The notes below the pieces were generated by a model. It saw nothing but the letters and a program-made list of their open reading frames with translations, searched no databases and was not told the DNA's origin. 42,457 nucleotides of DNA, taken from contig NC_068996.1 in NCBI RefSeq assembly GCF_001194135.2, forward strand, positions 10,411,528-10,453,984, written 5' to 3'. Positions 1 to 10,754 of this stretch are shown here, one piece after another. The DNA is from Octopus bimaculoides. Its lineage: Eukaryota. Numbering within the stretch: the first letter of the stretch is position 1; each line of letters begins with the position of its first letter. The translations under genes were made by a program, and so were the position numbers.

Positions 1-140
1 AGAGAAAGTGAGAGAGAGAGAGAGAGAAAGTGAGAGAGAGAGAGAGAAAGTGAGAGAGAGAGAGAGAGAAAGATAGAGGGAGAGGAGGAAGTGAGAGAGG
101 GAGAGGTAGAAGAGAGAGAGAGAGAGAGAGATGAAGAGAG
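1..140. repeat. (GA)n microsatellite with GAAAGT interruptions
   Basis: Directly visible purine dinucleotide run at the window start. Confidence 0.95.
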
Positions 141-606
141 ATTTAGGACTATTAGTGTTGACATTTTTTTGACATGTCAGTTTTATGCTTTTTTGACATT
201 CTAAAGAGGGCAGAGGTGAGATGAAAATTACAGCTACTACAAATGAGGACTCCCAGCAATACAAACAATGCTGCATTGGATATGTAACAAGATAACAATG
301 AGGTGGGAAACACAAATCACCACTTAGCTACTATCTATCCATGACACCCTCTCAGAATTGCCAATGAACACAGAACCACTTAACCAAATAAGCACTTAAC
401 TCATAGATTCTACAACAGACAAAAGAAAAACCTAATTAAAATGATGTTTGCAAAGTAAAAGGAAAATGTTTGGGGTGTTAGTACTTTCTTGGCAAGTGAC
501 TTGTTGCAAAAGACTTGTTGCATTGTCACTGGAACAGTTACATTCGTATTTCTATTTAAAACAAACACAAACTTCATACATAATTCTTTGGGGGGAAAGG
601 TTTAAC

Positions 607-1082
607 TTGAAGCAGATAAAGTAAGAAGTAAAGTATAAAAATATTGGGTTAAAAAAAACACCTTTGAATAGAAAAAGGTGAAGACTGCCTGTGGGATTCA
701 AACTCACATCTTCAGTAAACATGTTAGATGTTCTACAATTGCACCAAAGTGATCAATGGAATTTCCCTTTCCATCTTAGAAATTTAATTATTACATGTGA
801 GAAATTTTGTTTTGTCAATGTCATAAGAATTTACAAACTTTTTTTTTAAAGGATGCAAAAAAAAGACTCCTTTTTGGAACAGTGCATCTTGAAGCAGATA
901 AAGCTACAAGTAATAGTATGTAAATATTGGGTTGAAAATCTCTTTTGAATAGAACAAGTTGATGGATACTCATGGGACTCCAGCTCACATCCGGAGACAC
1001 GACAAGCTTCATTCCATTGACTGAAAGGAATCCTTTGAATTTCTCTTTCCATTTTAGAAACTCTTTTCTTACTGGTGAGAAA
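607..1082 (-). repeat. Two diverged tandem units (period about 282 bp), each with a decayed tRNA-like segment
   Basis: TTGAAGCAGATAAAG..AATATTGGGTT..TTTGAATAGAA..CTCACATC..TTTCCAT.TTAGAAA..GTGAGAAATT occurs from 607 and from about 889, with a partial third copy near 8368. The minus strand has A-box-like TGGTGCAATTGTAG (733-746) and B-box-like GAGTTTGAATCCC (693-705). Confidence 0.7.
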
Positions 1083-1084
1083 TT

Positions 1085-1222
1085 GTATTCTTTTATTCTT
1101 TTACTTGTTTCAGTCATTTGACTGCGGCCATACTGGAGCACTGCCTTCAAAAGTTTTTAGTCAAACAAATCGAGCCCCAGGTACATAGACACACCAACAC
1201 CAGTTCTCAAGAGCGGCGATGG
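1085..1222 (-). mobile_element. SINE family A 3' end (cut by N-gap)
   Basis: TTTTACTTGTTTCAGTCATTTGACTGCGGCCATACTGGAGCAC matches the reverse complement of the tail of the full copy at 37656-38070. Confidence 0.8.
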
Positions 1223-1683
1223 NNNNNNNNNNNNNNNNNNNNNNNNNNNNNNNNNNNNNNNNNNNNNNNNNNNNNNNNNNNNNNNNNNNNNNNNNNNNNN
1301 NNNNNNNNNNNNNNNNNNNNNNNNNNNNNNNNNNNNNNNNNNNNNNNNNNNNNNNNNNNNNNNNNNNNNNNNNNNNNNNNNNNNNNNNNNNNNNNNNNNN
1401 NNNNNNNNNNNNNNNNNNNNNNNNNNNNNNNNNNNNNNNNNNNNNNNNNNNNNNNNNNNNNNNNNNNNNNNNNNNNNNNNNNNNNNNNNNNNNNNNNNNN
1501 NNNNNNNNNNNNNNNNNNNNNNNNNNNNNNNNNNNNNNNNNNNNNNNNNNNNNNNNNNNNNNNNNNNNNNNNNNNNNNNNNNNNNNNNNNNNNNNNNNAG
1601 TTCGGCTTGTGACTATGTGGTTGCATGTTCCATTTCATTGAACTGCAAATGTGTATGTCTGTGTGTATGTATAAATGTGTCTG

Positions 1684-1729
<46 letters not shown>

Positions 1730-2398
1730 TCACACACACACACACACATAAATAAATAACAATTGAAAGACAGATGTCAATTCATTACGGCCATTTCTAA
1801 TAACTCCCTTAATTGATTAATGAGTACATTATTCTGACCTAACGAGGTGCCTCAACTTAAGTACCTAATTCAACTGAATCTTTCTGATATATGTGTGTGT
1901 GTGTAATCATTAAAATCAAGTTTCCATGTTGACAAACTATCCAACCCATGCTAGCATGGAAAATGGATGCTTGAGATGGTGGTAGTGGAGATGATGATGA
2001 TGATGATGAAAGTGGTGTATGTGTGTGTATGTGTATCTGTGCATATGTGCCTGCTCGTCTATAAATATATGTGTGTGTGTGTGTGCACATCTATGGATGT
2101 GTATGCATGCATATCATGTGTTTGCAAACTTTTATAAGTGTGCATGTATGTACAGTTGCATACGTGTGTGTCTGGTGTGTAGGTTTTGTTTATCTGAGCA
2201 ATTTGTGAGCAGCATATCCTCGGCTGATTAGCAAGTACATCAATCATTAAAAAGATACTGACATCTTTATTAAACTCATTAAACAACGAACATTTATTTT
2301 ATATCCATCTCGTTAATTTCACATAAACTTACGAGTACAGTTTGTGAGCCAGTTATAAAACATATATAATTACTACTATTAATATAAGTTAAGGACAC

Positions 2399-2400
<2 letters not shown>

Positions 2401-2433
<33 letters not shown>

Positions 2434-3020
2434 CATACAAACATACACACACATGCACACATGTACATATAAACATACATGTACATGCACAAATGGATAC
2501 CCAGGCACACACGCTCACAGAAAGATGCATACCAATGGACACAGACACACGCAAAAACACATGCATACAAATGGGGACACACACACACCTATACAGCTGG
2601 ACATGCACACATACACACACACACAAATGCATTCATACAAATGGACACAGTCACACATACAAACAGAAACACATACACACAAACACACATGCAAATATAT
2701 GCATACAAATGCATACAAACGGAGACACACACACACACACACACAAGCAAACACATGCATACAAATGGAGACACACATACACACACACACACAGAGGCAA
2801 ATACATGCATACAAACGGAGACACACACACACACACACAAGTAAACACATACATACAAACGGAGACACACACACCCACAAGCAAACACATGCATACAAAC
2901 GGAGACAAACACATGCACACACACACACACATAAGCAAATACATGCATACAAATGGAGACACACACACAAGCAAACACACGCATACAAACGGAGACACAC
3001 ACACACACACACACACACAC
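2401..3020. repeat. AC-rich minisatellite, core (T)GCATACAAAYGGAGACAC plus variable (CA)n, about 12 units
   Basis: Core seen near 2562, 2711, 2756, 2806, 2850, 2890, 2944 and 2981, with more degenerate units to the left. Confidence 0.9.
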
Positions 3021-3316
3021 TCCCTCTTGACATATCCAACATAACTTAAAATAATTAACAATTACTGCTTCACAAACCCATTTATTTGTTAGATTAGAAA
3101 GTGGATAATTTCCGACAAATTAAGGAAAATATATAAGAAAACAAATCCACTCACAGTGCATTAAGTTGGCAATGACATTTAGAAACAGATTGTATTGGTT
3201 AAATATATTTGTTCTATTGAACTTAAGTCCCTAATAATCTCCAATTAAAAAAACTTTCCCAGAGCAAGTGTTTTCTTGGGTTAACCAATGCTTGCATCAT
3301 TATCATCATCATCATT

Positions 3317-3520
3317 GAGGCAGCAAGCTGGCAGAATCATTAACTCATCACGCAAAATGCTTAGCAGCATTTTGTCTGTGATTAAGTTCTGAGTTCAGAT
3401 TCCACTGAGGTCAACTTTGTCTTTCAAACTTTTGTGAGGTTGATAAATTAAGTACCCGGTTGAGCACTGGGTGCCTCCCTCACCCAAAATTGCTTGGTCT
3501 GGTGCCAAAACTTCAAACCA
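3317..3520 (+). mobile_element. SINE family C (tRNA-headed), degenerate
   Basis: GAGGCAGCAAGCTGGCAGAA..GAGTTCAGATTCC..GATAAATTAAGTACC, homologous to 15272-15501 and 36422-36656. Confidence 0.75.
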
Positions 3521-3524
3521 TCGT

Positions 3525-3680
3525 TGTAATTGTCATTTAACGTCTGTTTCCTATGCGGGCATGAGTTGGGCAATTTGACAAGATCCAGTGAGCTGATTGG
3601 CTGTATTGAGCCCCAGTGTCAGTTTTGGCATGGTTTCTATGGCTGGATGCCCTTCACAATGCCTATACATCTTTTTGGCA
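3525..3680 (-). mobile_element. RTE LINE 3' UTR fragment
   Basis: TTTAACGTCTGTTTCCTATGC..GGCTGGATGCCCTT is homologous to 41086-41210. Confidence 0.7.
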
Positions 3681-4512
3681 TTTATAGAACATTTAGAAAT
3701 AAAGTCATTTCGTCGTAGAGAATTACGACTTAAATTTTATATTAACTAATTTTTCATTCTAGCTATAAGAGTTCACAACAATTCAATATTGTCGGATTTG
3801 AGTATTGAACATGGCATATATATTAGCTGATACTCAAAAGAGTGAGTGTCGTGGATTTGAGTGGCATCCAACGATCACTTGAGCGAGTGTCATGGATTTG
3901 AGTGTCAACCCAATGATCACTGGCGAGTTTGCTGAAAATCAGGGTTTTTATAACTTCCCATACACGAATCATAGAACCGTAACAACGTGAACAATTTCTT
4001 CAACGAAGTTCAGAATTCATATAGGGGCAGTAATTTTTAACCAATGAGAAATCAATAATTTCTCATGTTCGGGCAAACGAACTTACGTTTTCTCTCCGCC
4101 TCTTATGAGTTTGCTACATTGCCAACCACTTGACAGAATGTGCTGGGGGTATTTTGTCCATTCTACGGACACTAGTGATGACACCAAGTAATTGGCAAGA
4201 CAAGAAAAGGATAGGAAGAAAAGAAGAAAAGTAAGTGACAAAGGAAAAAGCCTCCTCAACTACATGGATGTGGTGAAGTAGTATTTGAGAGGAGGGGGTG
4301 ATGGTTCTATGTCAGGTGTCGAGAGGCTACAGTGTGATGGAATGACAAACCCAGGTGTCTTGTTATATAGAGGAGATACAAGGCTAACCTGCATCATATA
4401 AGGGTGCAGCTGGGAGTAGCTGGAAAGAAGATAGGGATGGTGGTGATGGTTGTGAGATGTTAGAGCAACTAGCTAGATGGAAACTGTAAAGAACCAACTA
4501 CTACTACTACTA

Positions 4513-4576
<64 letters not shown>

Positions 4577-4835
4577 ATACATACACATGTTCATGTGCAT
4601 ACATATGCACATGTGTGTATTCTAACAGTTTCTTTCACTTTCTCCTGCACAATATCTTTAGAAAACATAATAATTTATGCATAGAGTTGTGATTGGTTAC
4701 AGGTTTCCAGAAAGCTAACCATTGGCTCACTGCCAATCATTGATTTCTAATGGTGAGAGTGATAAGGGAGTGCATGTAACAAAAACCGTTTACAGAGTAT
4801 GAAGTCCTCTGCACTGAGTTACATATACTCCCTTG

Positions 4836-5342
4836 TTACTCTATTTTACTGTTTTACTTGTTTCAGTCAGTTGACTGCGGCCATGCTGGAGCACTGCCTT
4901 TAGTCAAGCAAATCAACCCCAGGACTTATTCTTTGTAAGCCTAGTACTTATTCTATCGGACTCTTTTGCCAAACTGCTAAGTTACAGGGACATAAACACA
5001 CCAGCATCGGTTGTCAAGCGATTGTGGGGGGACAAACACATATACATATATACAGTTACGCACTGGGGTCGATATAATCGACTTAATCCGCTTGTCTGTC
5101 CTTGTTTGTCCCCTCTGTGCATAGCCCCTTGTGGGTAGTAAAGAAATAACACTCATATACATATATATATATATACATATATACGACGGGCTTCTTTCAG
5201 TTTCCGTCTACCAAATCCACTCACAAGGCTTTGGTCGACCCAAGGATCTAGTAGAAGACACTTGTCCAAGGTGCCACGCAGTGGGACTGAACCCGGAACC
5301 ATGTGGCTTGTAAGCAAGTTACTTACCACACAGCCACTCCTG
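4836..5342 (-). mobile_element. SINE family A, full length, with a SINE C 3' fragment (about 5055-5148) inside its central microsatellite
   Basis: Reverse complement of the A consensus from tail to tRNA head (GGGACTGAACCCGGAACCATGTGG..CTTACCACACAGCCACTCCTG). The inserted CTGGGGTCGATATAATCGACTT..AAAGAAATAA matches the SINE C tail. Confidence 0.85.
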
Positions 5343-5377
5343 AGCCACTTTCATTATCAAACAACACAGTGAACCAA

Positions 5378-5605
5378 CATCATCATCATCATCCTTTAAC
5401 ATCCGTTGTCCATGCTGGCATTGGTCGGATGGTTTGACCAGGGCTGGCAAGCAAGAAGGTTGATTTGACATAGTTTCTGCGGCTGGATGCCCTTCCTAAT
5501 GCCAACCACTCTGAGAATGTAATGGGTGCTTTTACATGCTACCAGCAGGGTGCCACTTGCGTGACATCTGTCACAACTGTGATTTTACTTAGCTTGTTGG
5601 AAACC
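5378..5605 (-). mobile_element. RTE LINE 3' UTR fragment with (CAT)n tail
   Basis: CATCATCATC..TTTAACATCCGTTGTCCATGCTGGCA..GCTGGATGCCCTTCCTAATGCCAACCACT matches 41061-41250. Confidence 0.8.
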
Positions 5606-5623
5606 TGTAACCATTGATAGCTA

Positions 5624-5769
5624 TATACATAAATTGTGATGATGATGATGATGATAGTGTGATGATGATGATGATGATGATTACAATGATGATGATGGTG
5701 ATGATGATGATGAAGATGACAATGATGACGATGATGATGATGAAGATGATGATGATGGTGATGGTGATG
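5624..5769. repeat. (GAT)n microsatellite, imperfect
   Basis: Directly visible; produces the poly-His ORF 5539-5793. Confidence 0.95.
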
Positions 5770-5949
5770 CAGTCTGCATAATACTACCTTCACTAATGGC
5801 TGTTATAAACGGCGAACTTCATCCCCTCCCCGCCTACTCAAATGACTGACGACCATTCCTTGAAGTCTGTTGTTTACTTTTAAATACTGCTTGTAGTAAA
5901 AAAAAGAAAGAAAGAAGAAAACAGTAAACTTAGCACAGTGATGGAGAGA

Positions 5950-6319
5950 AACCTCAACTCAGTAAAAGTCAGTAAAATCAGTGTAAATTAGTGTGTTGTT
6001 GGTAAGATAAAGTTTGTGCAAAACAGTAGTAGCATACTCTACCTTACTTGCACCGAAAAGCAAAGTGACATGGAAATGCTGCTAGAGCAGTTGCGGAATG
6101 AGAGGGGGTAAAGAGACATTGCCTAAACTGAAGCCAACAGAAGGTTCATCGAACAAAGCTGATTGCTTTGAAGTTGAAAGGGCAATTAAGGAAAGGGCAG
6201 TACATTCATCAAGGGTAGCTACCGAGACTTTGAAAATATCTGATGATGAAGTAGAACACACTCTAGTTACCTGCAGAGTCAATCATGTGGTACAGAGAGA
6301 TATTATCCCCGAATGACTG
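5950..6319 (+). mobile_element. RTE-clade LINE reverse-transcriptase relic, left part
   Basis: Translation ..PTEGSSNKADCFEVERAIK..HSSRVATETLKIS..VNHVVQRDIIP(NDW) resembles the start of the RTE RT domain (EV.KAIK.MK.GKA.G....E.LK......IP.DW). Confidence 0.7.
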
Positions 6320-7641
6320 AGAATATGTGGAGATCGACAAGAAACAATAAATCATATTATCTCTGGCTGCCCAGTCCTGGCTAAGAAGGAATATATTCAC
6401 AGACACGACAGAGCTGGGACCTATATACACTGGAAGCTATGCCAACATTATGGAATANNNNNNNNNNNNNNNNNNNNNNNNNNNNNNNNNNNNNNNNNNN
6501 NNNNNNNNNNNNNNNNNNNNNNNNNNNNNNNNNNNNNNNNNNNNNNNNNNNNNNNNNNNNNNNNNNNNNNNNNNNNNNNNNNNNNNNNNNNNNNNNNNNN
6601 NNNNNNNNNNNNNNNNNNNNNNNNNNNNNNNNNNNNNNNNNNNNNNNNNNNNNNNNNNNNNNNNNNNNNNNNNNNNNNNNNNNNNNNNNNNNNNNNNNNN
6701 NNNNNNNNNNNNNNNNNNNNNNNNNNNNNNNNNNNNNNNNNNNNNNNNNNNNNNNNNNNNNNNNNNNNNNNNNNNNNNNNNNNNNNNNNNNNNNNNNNNN
6801 NNNNNNNNNNNNNNNNNNNNNNNNNNNNNNNNNNNNNNNNNNNNNNNNNNNNNNNNNNNNNNNNNNNNNNNNNNNNNNNNNNNNNNNNNNNNNNNNNNNN
6901 NNNNNNNNNNNNNNNNNNNNNNNNNNNNNNNNNNNNNNNNNNNNNNNNNNNNNNNNNNNNNNNNNNNNNNNNNNNNNNNNNNNNNNNNNNNNNNNNNNNN
7001 NNNNNNNNNNNNNNNNNNNNNNNNNNNNNNNNNNNNNNNNNNNNNNNNNNNNNNNNNNNNNNNNNNNNNNNNNNNNNNNNNNNNNNNNNNNNNNNNNNNN
7101 NNNNNNNNNNNNNNNNNNNNNNNNNNNNNNNNNNNNNNNNNNNNNNNNNNNNNNNNNNNNNNNNNNNNNNNNNNNNNNNNNNNNNNNNNNNNNNNNNNNN
7201 NNNNNNNNNNNNNNNNNNNNNNNNNNNNNNNNNNNNNNNNNNNNNNNNNNNNNNNNNNNNNNNNNNNNNNNNNNNNNGGGGGAGCATCATAACCATGTGT
7301 TGAGAGGAATTCTTTGGGGTTTGAATAATTCACCTTTAGAAACATGGGTGTTTTGCTCAACATCCTTAAACAAACCTTATTTAGGGATCTTTTGAGTGGG
7401 ATGGGCTACTCGACCTGAAGAAAATTCTAACTGGGCCCCACCTGCAAGGTCATGTGTAGTTTATCTTGATAACAAGGTCACCATGTCATGCAAATATGGT
7501 TGTGATGCATGTGCCTGGTGTACCCTTATCAGACGGGTAGTCATGATGGGTATAATGGGCTTCGTATATTTTACCCCAGTGTCACTTTGTTGGCATGCAC
7601 TGCTCTCTCACTCAATAATAATAATAATAATAATAATAATA
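6320..7641 (+). mobile_element. 5'-truncated RLE-type (R4/Dong/NeSL-like) non-LTR retrotransposon 3' part with (AAT)n tail
   Basis: 6320-6457 reads RICGDRQETINHIISGCPVLAKKEYIHRHDRAGTYIHWKLCQHYG (CCHC knuckle plus RHD motif of restriction-like-endonuclease LINEs). After an 820-nt gap a UTR-like stretch ends in (AAT)n. Continuity across the gap is inferred. Confidence 0.7.
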
Positions 7642-7669
7642 GTCGTTATCATTGTTATCATCATCATCA

Positions 7670-8160
7670 TCATTACCGTTATCAACTGCAACAAGGCTAA
7701 GGTGAGATTTTAGAACGAAGCAATTACAGAAGCATAAAACTGATAGACCAAATCATGGAGGTGGCAAAGAAAGTTATAATAGTGCAGATAGGCAAAGGGA
7801 AACTAGCTTAGATGAGAAACAGTTCAGGTTTGTGTCCACTGGGGTACAGAATGACTAACGTCTTCTTCTTAGAGAGACAGCTAGGGCAAGTTCTTAATTA
7901 GACCAAGAAACAGCTTTTTACAAGGTGCTGTCTACTGTAGCGTGGTGATTACTAATCATATTGACTGTAGATGGATGTTATTCATGTACAGGGATGCTGT
8001 CAACAAAGTGTGAGCTAGCAATCAGGCCTTGGGTCTTAACATCTCACCTTTACTTATAGTTCTGCAGACTGTATCTGAAGTGTTAAACACTGACTTCTCA
8101 TGGCAACTTCTTTATGCTTCTGACCTGGTTGTTGGAGCCACAACAATTAAAGAATTAAAA
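7670..8160 (+). mobile_element. RTE-clade LINE reverse-transcriptase relic, right part
   Basis: With frameshifts it reads ITVINCNK.KGE.LERSNYRSIKLIDQIMEV..EKQF.F..YRDAV.KV..L.PLL.IVLQTVSE...WQLLYA.DLV, the standard RT motif order. Confidence 0.75.
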
Positions 8161-8534
8161 TAAGAGTGGTTGTGTGGTAAGAAGTTTACTTCTCAACCAC
8201 ATGGTTCCAGGCTCAGTTTCACTGCATGGCACCTTGAGCAAGTGTCTTCTACTATAGCCTCATACCAACCAAAGCTTTGTGAGTGGATTTGGTAAACAGC
8301 AACTGAAAGAAGCCAAATGTATATAGGTGTGTTGTGCAAAAGCAGTACTTTATGGACCAGTGAAACCTGAAGCAGATAAAGCTATAAATAATAGTATGCA
8401 AATATTAGATAAAAAAAACCCTTTGGATAGGCAAAAATCAAATTTATATACATATATTATTTATTATAAAATTCAATTTGGTATTACTAAATTGAATATT
8501 CCTGTATGTTTGGAATTTTACATTCCCTAATATC

Positions 8535-8574
<40 letters not shown>

Positions 8575-8846
8575 ATATATATACATAATTAAGGGTAAAA
8601 TCAATTAATGATCTTATCAGTGGCCAGCATGTAATAAAAACCATATAGGTAAAAACTGATATAGATATATAATTATATAGATATAATTATAATTAAGGGT
8701 ATTGAGAAACTGCACCTACATGCTAGAGATAGACATCAAATGACTCTAAAAAACCCCACTTCAAATTACATTCCATTAGAACAAGGCTGAAAGTGAGTGT
8801 CATCAGTAGAATATACCAAAAGTACATAAGCATAAATATATATATA

Positions 8847-9268
8847 TAGGTGCAGGAGTGGTTGTGTGGTAAGTAGCTTGCTTACCAACCACATGGCCTC
8901 AGTTTCAGTCCCACTGCGTGGCACCTTGGGCAAGTGTCTTCTATTATAGTCTCGGGATGCCCAAAGCCTTGTGAGTGGATCTGGTAGATGGAAACTGGAA
9001 GAGGCCTGTTGTATATGTATATATATATATGTATGTGTGTGTATATGTTTATGTGTCTGTTTGTCCCTCCAGCATCGCTTGACAACCGATGCTGGAATGT
9101 TTGCGTCCCCGTAACTTAGCGGTTTGGCAAAAGAGACCGAGAGAATAAGTACTAGGCTTACAAAGAATAAGCTCTAGGGTCGATTTCCTCAACTATAAAG
9201 GCAGTGCTCCAGTATGGCCACAGTCAAGTGACTGAAACAAGTAAAAGAGTAAAAGAGAGTAAAAGAGT
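8847..9268 (+). mobile_element. SINE family A, full length
   Basis: TAGGTGCAGGAGTGGTTGTGTGGTAAG head with A/B-box-like motifs, central (TA)n(TG)n, tail GACTGAAACAAGTAAAAGAGTAAAAGAG. Confidence 0.9.
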
Positions 9269-9289
9269 ATACATATTTTTTACTAAATG

Positions 9290-9584
9290 TTCATTTCCTC
9301 GCTTTCATGATGAGAAACGGACAATTTCTGTCCAAGGTAATGGAGGAAATGTAACTCAAGCACACCAAGAAGCTGATCAACAAGTTGAAACACCTGTTGG
9401 AGCCAAACATGCTGTGGTTCTTCTCTGATGTGAAGAATTTCTGCAAAATGACCAAAAGATCAACTTCCAGAACAACAGGTGGCTTATTGTCACACCCAAG
9501 AACATGCCCACAGTTATACCCAGAAGAAATTTCCAGTGACCACCATTGTCTTTGGTGTTATCCAGCAGTGAAGATGATGTCATG
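9290..9584 (+). mobile_element. Decayed IS630-Tc1-mariner transposase fragment (maT/DD37D-like by resemblance)
   Basis: Reads MRNGQFLSKVMEEM*LKHTKKLINKLKHLLEPNMLWFFSDVKNFC / DQKINFQNNRWLIVTPKNMPTVI / KFPVTTIVFGV / SSEDDVM across frameshifts. FSD(E)KNF is the first catalytic Asp motif. Confidence 0.75.
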
Positions 9585-9890
9585 GGCAAGTGTCTTCCAC
9601 CATAGCCTCAGGCCAACCAAAGCCTTGTGAGTGAATTTGGTAGACAGAAACTGAAAGAAGCCTGTCATGTGTGTGTGTGGGGGGGGGGGTATCTGTGTTT
9701 GTCCTCCACCACTGCTTGACAACTGAGGTTGGTGTGTTTATGTCCCTGTAAGCAAGCAGTTCAGCATAAGAGATTGATAGAGTAAGTAGAGACTGATAGA
9801 AAAAGATAAGCCCTGGGGTTGATTTGTTTGACTAAAAACCCTTTAAGCATGGTCGTAGTCTAATGACTGAAACAAGTAAAAGGTAAAAGA
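9585..9890 (+). mobile_element. SINE family A, 5'-truncated and degenerate
   Basis: Starts mid-consensus at GGCAAGTGTCTTC and ends at GACTGAAACAAGTAAAAG. Confidence 0.8.
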
Positions 9891-10401
9891 TAAAGATATG
9901 AGATCCTGAGAGACAGCAGAAGTAAAGGAGACAACAATGAACAAGGCAGAGAGAGATGAATTGGATTTATTTCCCCAAAACTTCAAATAATGAACTAAAA
10001 AAAAAACATAACAAAACAACTTCGACATCTATCCAGCAACAGCAAGGCAGTGAATTTTAATTAAACCTTTTTTTTTTACCATTAAAACCTAAAGACCTTT
10101 TTTGTTTCAGTTAATCTTTTATAATAATGAAGAATTTAGTAAAATATCTTGATCATTATTAAACTTGTTTAGAACGTAACTTAGCATGAAATTTTGATGG
10201 AAGTTTCTAATTTAAATCACTTTAGAACATTTGTATCATAGCACCAGGGCTGTTTTATGTGGGTTCATATCAAAAGGGCTAAATGTTGCTTTTCATAATA
10301 TATTTAATTAATAAGTCACAGATTAAACCATGCTGAACAAAATAGTGTTTACACATGCTGACTTCCTACAAGAAATCCTAAGAACTTTATAATAGATTAA
10401 A

Positions 10402-10436
<35 letters not shown>

Positions 10437-10655
10437 TATGTGAAGTCTATGAATCTTCTTCTTTGTACCCTTTTATTTTAAACTCAAATGTCTAATCCAG
10501 CCTCATGTTGTGAGGGGATAGTTATCTCCCTTGTATTAATGGCCATAAGCAGAGGGCGCTACAGTTATTGATACAGTTATTCTATTGTATATTGATTATC
10601 ATATAATACTGTTATTTTCACAATTATTATTATTATTACTAGCATGGTTGACAGC

Positions 10656-10754
10656 TTAACTCTTTAGCATTCAGATTTCTCTATATCAAATGTAATGCTT
10701 ATTTATTTACATTGTTTCAACTTAATAATCATGCATTATCTTGCAGCTTTAAGA
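10656..10754. mobile_element. piggyBac-like MITE, one half
   Basis: TTAA followed by CTCTTTAGCATTCAGATT..; homologous to the reverse complement of 16570-16676. Confidence 0.65.

Noticed and set aside
2401-3020. CRISPR-like repeat-spacer appearance
   Set aside because: Spacers are just (CA)n of variable length, the context is eukaryotic and no cas genes are present.
2019-3061. Many ORFs rich in HT, CV or YI dipeptides
   Set aside because: They are translations of (CA)n, (TG)n and (TA)n repeats; open frames arise because these repeats lack stops.
5790-5910. Strong minus-strand polypyrimidine tract and AG, a possible AIP exon
   Set aside because: No frame resembles AIP, and all three hit stops within about 30 codons.
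6437-7395. Long ORFs of 280-318 aa (likewise at 1118-1749, 14203-15307, 18743-19278, 21355-22067, 35784-36206)
   Set aside because: They consist mostly of N-gap translated as X.
8760-8815. CTGATGA on the minus strand (also plus strand at 39781) as further hammerheads
   Set aside because: Only the 5' half of the core is present, with no correctly placed stem II or GAAA; at most PLE-tail relics.
9377-9589. Minus-strand ORF with a transmembrane-looking segment
   Set aside because: It is the antisense of the decayed transposase on the plus strand.
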